Notes under the pieces: generated by a model | Seen by the model: only the letters and a program-made list of their open reading frames with translations | Database searches by the model: none | Told to the model about the DNA's origin: nothing | In this document: positions 61,521-64,000 of the stretch, one piece after another | How positions within the stretch are numbered: position 1 is the first letter of the stretch | How the letters are laid out: each line of letters starts with the position of its first letter | Assembly: GCA_964016885.1 (NCBI GenBank) | Contig: OZ024745.1 | Coordinates: forward strand, 127,596,001-127,660,000 | Direction: 5' to 3' | From: Eledone cirrhosa | Lineage: Eukaryota | Length of the DNA stretch: 64,000 nucleotides | Translations under genes and position numbers: made by a program

Positions 61521-62152
61521 CATACACAGACATATATATACTTACACAAACACACACATGTGCTCGTGCGTGTGTGTGTGTGCGTGTTTGGGTGTGTGTG
61601 TCTATGAGTGTGTATGTACGTGTATGTCTGTATAGACGTTTGATATATATCTAGTCTCACCGTGGAAACAGTGTCTATTGATAAACCAGAGAAACTTTAT
61701 CTCAATTACGAAATACTGTAGATTACAAACTTACATCTTATATGAATTCTAAACAAATTATGACAAACAAAATAAAACTTACATAATGGTAGAAGGTTGA
61801 TGGTCAAGAATTAATATCTATACTACTAATGCTATGTTATTATGAATAAACATTTGAAACATTTTGGAATGCATATACAATATTTAATAAGCAAATATAC
61901 GCCCACGCTTTAACGCTTTATATATATATATATATTTATTAAAATAACCGATTAAAGTTTAAGCAAAGAATCGCTGCTTTCACCCTTAACGGAATCTTCT
62001 GAAACTAACAAAGTCAATCTGTGAACGCAGAAGTGAATATTTCAAAAAACGTTGCAACCGGAAGAAGACAGGAAGACGATACTTTGGTTCGTGGAAACTT
62101 TCCCTGGCAAAGAACGGGAAAAAAACGTATATAATACGTCATTATTTGGAGC

Positions 62153-62279
62153 ATTATTTATCGACCCCGTAAGGATGAAAGGTCGAGGTTGACTTTGCCT
62201 TTCATCCTTACGGGGTCGATAAAATAAAGTACCAGTAATGCACTGGGTAATTGCTGGCCTTGTGCCTAAAGTAGAAACA
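62153..62279 (+). mobile_element. 5'-truncated main-family SINE with 5' inverted duplication and 12-bp TSD
   Basis: TSD ATTATTTGGAGC at 62141-52 and 62280-91; TTATCGACCCCGTAAGGATGAAAGG / CCTTTCATCCTTACGGGGTCGATAA. Confidence 0.85.
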
Positions 62280-62934
62280 ATTATTTGGAGCGGTGAAAAA
62301 CAATTACGCGCAAAGACAAAACCACGTTTATGGTATAAAAGAAGTCGTAGACTAATATTCTATGAGGTGGTTCATAGAGACGTTCTCTGGCAATGAACGG
62401 AAAAAACGAAGATAATACGTCATGTGTGGACCGTGGATAACAATTGCACGCAAAGACAAAACCACGTAAATGGTATAACTGAAGTCGTAGACTAAAATTC
62501 TAACTAGGAAACTGAATGATTCTCGGCTTCAGAGTTAAGAATAAAGTAAATAAAATAGAGAGGTAATTGAAATTAAATAAATACATACACGCATCCATAC
62601 ACGTACATACACAAGCATACGCGAAAACACTCACCATAGGTATACAAATACACGCACATATAAATATGTGCGTGTGTGTGTGCGTGTATACAAATAATTA
62701 AATAAACGTATAAATAAATAAATACGTATATAACAAGCGCACACACATACCTACATGAAAATACACAAATGTTCAGAGACGTACGTCAACCAAAACACGA
62801 AGTACACATATACACACACCCTACATACGTACGAACCCGCATACTCACACAGACGCAAAACTCACGTATACACATAACCAAAAGCATATGTACCAGAATA
62901 TATAAAATATACGCCATAATATATAATATACAAT

Positions 62935-62977
<43 letters not shown>

Positions 62978-62979
<2 letters not shown>

Positions 62980-63241
62980 GAAAAAGATGAAATCGAAAAT
63001 CCAACTGGAGTCTTTTTTTTTTTTTTTAAATATATTTATTTGGTTCCTTTACCGGTTTCGCAATTCTTTTCAAAAGTAGAATTGAGATGGAGGGTTTGTG
63101 CTTTTTCTCATGTGAGAAAAACCACAAACCCTCCAGCTCAATTCTACTTTTGAAAAGAATTGCGAAACCGGTAAAGCAACCAAATAAATATATTTAAAAA
63201 AAAAAGACTCCAGTTGCATTTTCAATTTCATCTTTTTTCCT
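62978..63241. mobile_element. About 264-bp palindromic PLE-like unit with U3-A8 HHR remnants (63047-76 -, 63147-76 +)
   Basis: Centre CTCA(TG)TGAG; ctt-TTGAAAA-gaattgc-GAAA-ccgg-TA-aag; unfolded homologue at 3927-4070(-). Confidence 0.75.
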
Positions 63242-63296
63242 CATACTTTCACCCGAGTAGGACACCTCGTTTTTTTCATTTGTAAAAAAACCTCCC

Positions 63297-63334
<38 letters not shown>

Positions 63335-63337
63335 GTT

Positions 63338-63520
63338 AATATAGAAATGGCTTCTCAGGACTGGAACTGTTTCATTCAAAACAAATCATCGGGGGATGCT
63401 TTTTTTTGAATGAAGCAGTTCTAGTCTCGTAGAAGCTATTTATATATCAAATTTGATGTTTACACTCTACTTATGTATTGAGTACCTTACTAATTTTGGT
63501 TACCACCGATTGAACCCGAC
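63338..63520 (+). mobile_element. Family C fold-back unit with degenerate HHR
   Basis: Palindrome at 63340-63445; tail GTATTGAGTACCTTAC shared with 3700-3765(-). Confidence 0.6.
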
Positions 63521-63570
63521 ACACACACACACACACACATATATGTATATATATATACATTATTATTATA

Positions 63571-63763
63571 GGGCGGTGAATTGGCAGTATCGGTTGAGGG
63601 TTGGACGCCATGCTTTCTAGCATAGTTATGTCCCTTTACGATCTGAGTTCAAATCCCGTCGAGGTTAACTTTGCCTTTCATCCTTACGGGGTCGATAAAA
63701 TAAAGTACCAGTAATGTATTGGGTAATTGCTGGCCTTGTGCCAAAAATAGAAACAATTATTAT
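63571..63763 (+). mobile_element. Main-family tRNA SINE
   Basis: A box TGGCAGTATCGG, B box GAGTTCAAATCCC, central domain, (ATT) tail. Confidence 0.9.
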
Positions 63764-64000
63764 TCTGTAATATATATATTATCATATTTGATCTGATTAA
63801 AAATCTCACTCGATCCTGCTGAACTCTGTAAAGTGCTTATATGTAATATCTGAAAGCCTCTACATACATCTGAAGTTAACTTCTAGCAGTAGCTGTTTGA
63901 CTATGTCTCACTTATGAGTTCAAATAAGATAGAAACTTGTCAGTCGTTGTCGCTGTACTGCCAAAGATGAGACTTATGTACTATTGCATTCCAGATTTCA

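Overview
AT-rich eukaryotic non-coding DNA (intronic or intergenic), saturated with microsatellites ((TA)n, (CA)n, (GA)n, (TATG)n, (CAA)n/(CCA)n) and transposon debris. The repeat content suggests an octopod cephalopod genome, but that is inference. No intact host gene is supportable, and almost all ORFs in the track are translations of simple repeats. Recognisable elements are about 25 copies of a tRNA-derived SINE, several CORE-type SINEs, Tc1/pogo-type MITEs, and fragments of Tx1/L1, RTE, R4/Dong-like, CRE-like, Ingi/Vingi-like, Helitron and hAT elements. The main hidden signal is a dense set of type I hammerhead ribozyme (HHR) motifs, read by eye: about 14 with a canonical core and a similar number of variant or degenerate ones, in at least 8 sequence families. 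They sit in Penelope-like element (PLE) 3' ends and short retrozyme-like units. These units insert at (TA)n tracts and often form head-to-head fold-back palindromes, the largest about 1.33 kb (54935-56265) with a GIY-YIG C-terminus at its centre. Two families carry the compensatory U3-A8 core, and two units pair an octamer motif with an extended-stem-I HHR. Ribozyme activity is untested and coordinates were read manually.
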